In this document: piece after piece, positions 14,050 through 15,851 of the stretch | Layout of the letters: every line of letters starts with the position of its first letter | How positions within the stretch are numbered: position 1 is the stretch's first letter | Assembly (NCBI GenBank): GCA_965371185.1 | Contig: CBDUXN010000071.1 | Span: 1-15,851, forward strand | Direction of reading: 5' to 3' | DNA length: 15,851 bases | Origin: an uncultured Thermoplasmata archaeon | Lineage (GTDB): Archaea; Thermoplasmatota; Thermoplasmata; GCA-020350865 | Made by a program: the position numbers and the translations under genes | Notes under the pieces: model-generated | Seen by the model: the letters and a program-made list of their open reading frames with translations, nothing else | Told to the model about the DNA's origin: nothing | Databases searched by the model: none

Positions 14050-15546
14050 TTGGAGAAAAAGCCGATCCAAATCACTGACACCGCCCTCAGGGACGCCCAT
14101 CAGTCCCTGCTCGCCACGAGAATGCGCACGGAGGACATGCTGCCAATTGCTGAGAAGATGGACTCCATCGGCTACTGGTCTGTGGAGATGTGGGGCGGCG
14201 CGACATTCGATTCATGCCTAAGGTTCCTAAAGCAGGACCCCTGGGAGAGAATAAGGCTTTTAAAAGAGGCCATGCCAAATACGAAGCTCCAGATGCTGCT
14301 TAGGGGGCAGAACATCGTTGGATACAAGCATTACCCTGATGATGTTGTGGAGAAGTTCGTGGAAACTGCCCACAAGAACGGCATCGATGTTTTCAGAATA
14401 TTCGATGCACTTAACGACGTCAGGAACATGAAAACCGCCTTGGAATCCACAAAGAAAGCAGGGGCGATTGCAGAATGCTGCGTGTGCTATACCATAAGTC
14501 CAGTGCACACAAACGATGTTTTTGTGAACATGGCAACGGAACTGGAAGGCATGGGCTCTGATATGCTGTGCATAAAGGATATGGCAGGCCTGCTCTCGCC
14601 AGGTCATGCCTTCGAGCTGGTCACCAAATTGAAGGAAAACATCTCGATCCCAATACACATGCACTGCCACGACACCAGCGGCATGGCTTCGGCTGCTTAT
14701 CTCAAGGGGATAGAGGCTGGAGCAGAAATCATCGACACGGCGATATCAAGCCTCTCAAAGGGCACATCACAACCTCCAACAGAGACCATGGTTGCCATGC
14801 TGGGAGACACGATCTACGATACAGGCTTAGATTTGGAATTACTCGGAGAGGTAGCAGACCATTTCACTAATGTAAGAAAAAAATATCGCATCTATGAGAG
14901 CAAGTTCACTGGAATTGATACGGATGTTCTTCAGTTTCAGATACCGGGAGGGATGATGTCCAACCTTGTGAAGCAACTGCGGGACCAAAATGCAGAGGAT
15001 AAACTGCCAGAGGTCCTTAAAGAAGTGCCCATTGTCAGGAAGGAGCTCGGTTATCCCCCTTTGGTAACGCCCTCCAGCCAGATCGTGGGAACCCAGGCGA
15101 CACTGAATGTGCTCCTCAAGGAGAGATACAAGATGATACCAAAGGAGACAAAGAATCTTATCAAGGGGCTTTACGGCAGACCCGCGGCTCCAATAGACGA
15201 GAATGTGAAGAAAATGGTGATAGGGGATGAGGAGCCAATGACATCCCGACCCGCAGATTCATTGGAGCCTGAATTGGAGCGGTTGAAAAAGGAGCTGGGC
15301 AGCGACAACATCGAGGATGTACTCAGCTACGCGCTCTTTCCACAGGTTGCAAAAAGGTTCTTTGAAGAGAGGGACGGCAAGGTCATCGACGAAGCAGAGG
15401 TTGCAGCAATAGCTGCTGCTCTCGCCTCCAGGTTCTTGAAGACCGAGGATAGAGGGATCTCTCGAAAAATCGAGCGCGGGAATGAGCCCAGCGCATGGGG
15501 CATGGCGGGGAGGCTTGAATTGATGAATGCAAGGGGAAGGATATGA
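14050..15546 (+). CDS. Pyruvate/oxaloacetate carboxyltransferase subunit (PycB / OadA / transcarboxylase 5S type), lacking a fused biotinyl domain
   Basis: The start is TTG at 14050: an in-frame TAA lies immediately upstream at 14047-14049, the next ATG is 24 codons into the conserved region, and GGGGGAG sits 7 nt upstream. The N-terminus is IQITDTALRDAHQSLLATRMRTEDML. Further segments are GYWSVEMWGGATFD, the HMGL-like TIM-barrel motifs (HMHCHDTSGMA) and a conserved C-terminal region. 498 aa. The stop overlaps the next ATG (ATGA at 15543-15546). Confidence 0.9.
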   Translation: MEKKPIQITDTALRDAHQSLLATRMRTEDMLPIAEKMDSIGYWSVEMWGGATFDSCLRFLKQDPWERIRLLKEAMPNTKLQMLLRGQNIVGYKHYPDDVVEKFVETAHKNGIDVFRIFDALNDVRNMKTALESTKKAGAIAECCVCYTISPVHTNDVFVNMATELEGMGSDMLCIKDMAGLLSPGHAFELVTKLKENISIPIHMHCHDTSGMASAAYLKGIEAGAEIIDTAISSLSKGTSQPPTETMVAMLGDTIYDTGLDLELLGEVADHFTNVRKKYRIYESKFTGIDTDVLQFQIPGGMMSNLVKQLRDQNAEDKLPEVLKEVPIVRKELGYPPLVTPSSQIVGTQATLNVLLKERYKMIPKETKNLIKGLYGRPAAPIDENVKKMVIGDEEPMTSRPADSLEPELERLKKELGSDNIEDVLSYALFPQVAKRFFEERDGKVIDEAEVAAIAAALASRFLKTEDRGISRKIERGNEPSAWGMAGRLELMNARGRI

Positions 15547-15851
15547 GAAGGTTCATGCTGAACATCATCGGCAACAACTATGATATAGAAATCGAGAGAA
15601 AGGATGGCAGAAGGCTCTATGTCTCTGTAAACGGTAAGAGATACGAAGCCTCCCTTGAGCAGGACTCGGGCAAGACCATGCTCATAGCGGTGGATGGCGG
15701 GCTTTACAATGTAGTGTTGGAAGGCGAACCAAGCACTGGTAAAATAAATGCAAGTGTGAACAACAGGGTTCGTATGGTAGAGCATATGGATTTTTTGAGC
15801 AGAGGCGTTGCTCCCAGAGAACATATTCCATTGGAACCCAAGGATGATGTT
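15543..15851 (+). CDS. Probable biotin carboxyl carrier (1.3S-like) subunit, N-terminal part (continues beyond the window)
   Basis: The ATG at 15543 is coupled to the upstream stop (ATGA), and the frame is open to the window end (103 codons): MRRFMLNIIGNNYDIEIERKDGRRLYVSVNGKRYEASLEQ...GLYNVVLEGE. The N-terminal 'NGxxYxVxVE'-type hairpin resembles the N-termini of 1.3S/BCCP subunits. Position after a 12S-5S pair supports the call. The biotinyl-lysine motif (A/E-M-K-M) would lie beyond the window. Confidence 0.5.
   Translation, partial: MRRFMLNIIGNNYDIEIERKDGRRLYVSVNGKRYEASLEQDSGKTMLIAVDGGLYNVVLEGEPSTGKINASVNNRVRMVEHMDFLSRGVAPREHIPLEPKDDV

Noticed and set aside
12379-14870. Short ORFs in alternative frames and on the antisense strand across the two carboxyltransferase genes (12379..12663, 12425..12652, 12454..12687, 12615..12830, 12784..13047, 12955..13137, 13210..13401, 13493..13966, 13885..14100, 14087..14278, 14260..14670, 14568..14870)
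   Set aside because: The GC-rich region keeps many frames open. The sense frames carry unmistakable carboxyltransferase and PycB/OadA motifs over their full length, so the overlapping ORFs are artefacts.
15327-15824. ORFs 15327..15824 and 15383..15577 (-)
   Set aside because: They are antisense to the 3' end of the pyruvate carboxyltransferase gene and to the biotin-carrier start. The sense strand has coupled ATGA start/stop and BCCP-like sequence.
1-15851. tRNA, rRNA, transposase/IS or integrase genes
   Set aside because: No cloverleaf-capable GC-rich ~75-nt segments, no rRNA-like stretches, and no ORF with DDE/tyrosine-recombinase features were seen on either strand. The ~100-bp direct repeats at 10472 and 12389 are promoter-derived, not IS terminal repeats.

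Overview
This 15.85-kb window is probably archaeal. The evidence is Shine-Dalgarno-led genes, A/T-rich BRE/TATA-like boxes 25-30 nt ahead of likely transcription starts, very dense N-x-S/T sequons in extracellular domains, and a split PycB-type carboxyltransferase. The taxon call is inference. Positions 1-197 hold the 5' end of a GC-richer minus-strand ORF that runs off the window. Positions ~260-12380 form a visibly AT-rich block of eight genes. (1) A 925-aa Kelch-propeller/FN3 surface protein, minus strand. (2) A 331-aa Roadblock/LC7-domain protein, minus strand. (3-5) A divergent operon encoding an RHH regulator, a small coiled-coil protein and an SPFH/flotillin-like protein with a C-terminal zinc ribbon; the last two are translationally coupled (TAATG). 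(6) A 1117-aa type-I membrane protein with an extracellular 7-blade WD40 propeller and tandem TSP3-like Ca-binding repeats, encoded by near-identical 162-bp DNA repeats. (7) A 540-aa 4-TM, membrane-tethered winged-helix protein. Genes 6 and 7 share a ~260-aa C-terminal cytoplasmic module of unknown function, which looks like a previously undescribed sensor/transcription-factor pairing. Positions 12389-15851 carry a GC-richer biotin-dependent carboxyltransferase operon: a 12S/PccB/MmdA-like carboxyltransferase, a 5S/PycB/OadA-like pyruvate carboxyltransferase with a TTG start, and the start of a 1.3S-like biotin carrier. A ~100-bp segment covering the promoter, 5'UTR and first codons of the carboxyltransferase gene is duplicated upstream of the 540-aa gene, with its start codon decayed to GTG. 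I found no rRNA, tRNA, CRISPR array or transposase.
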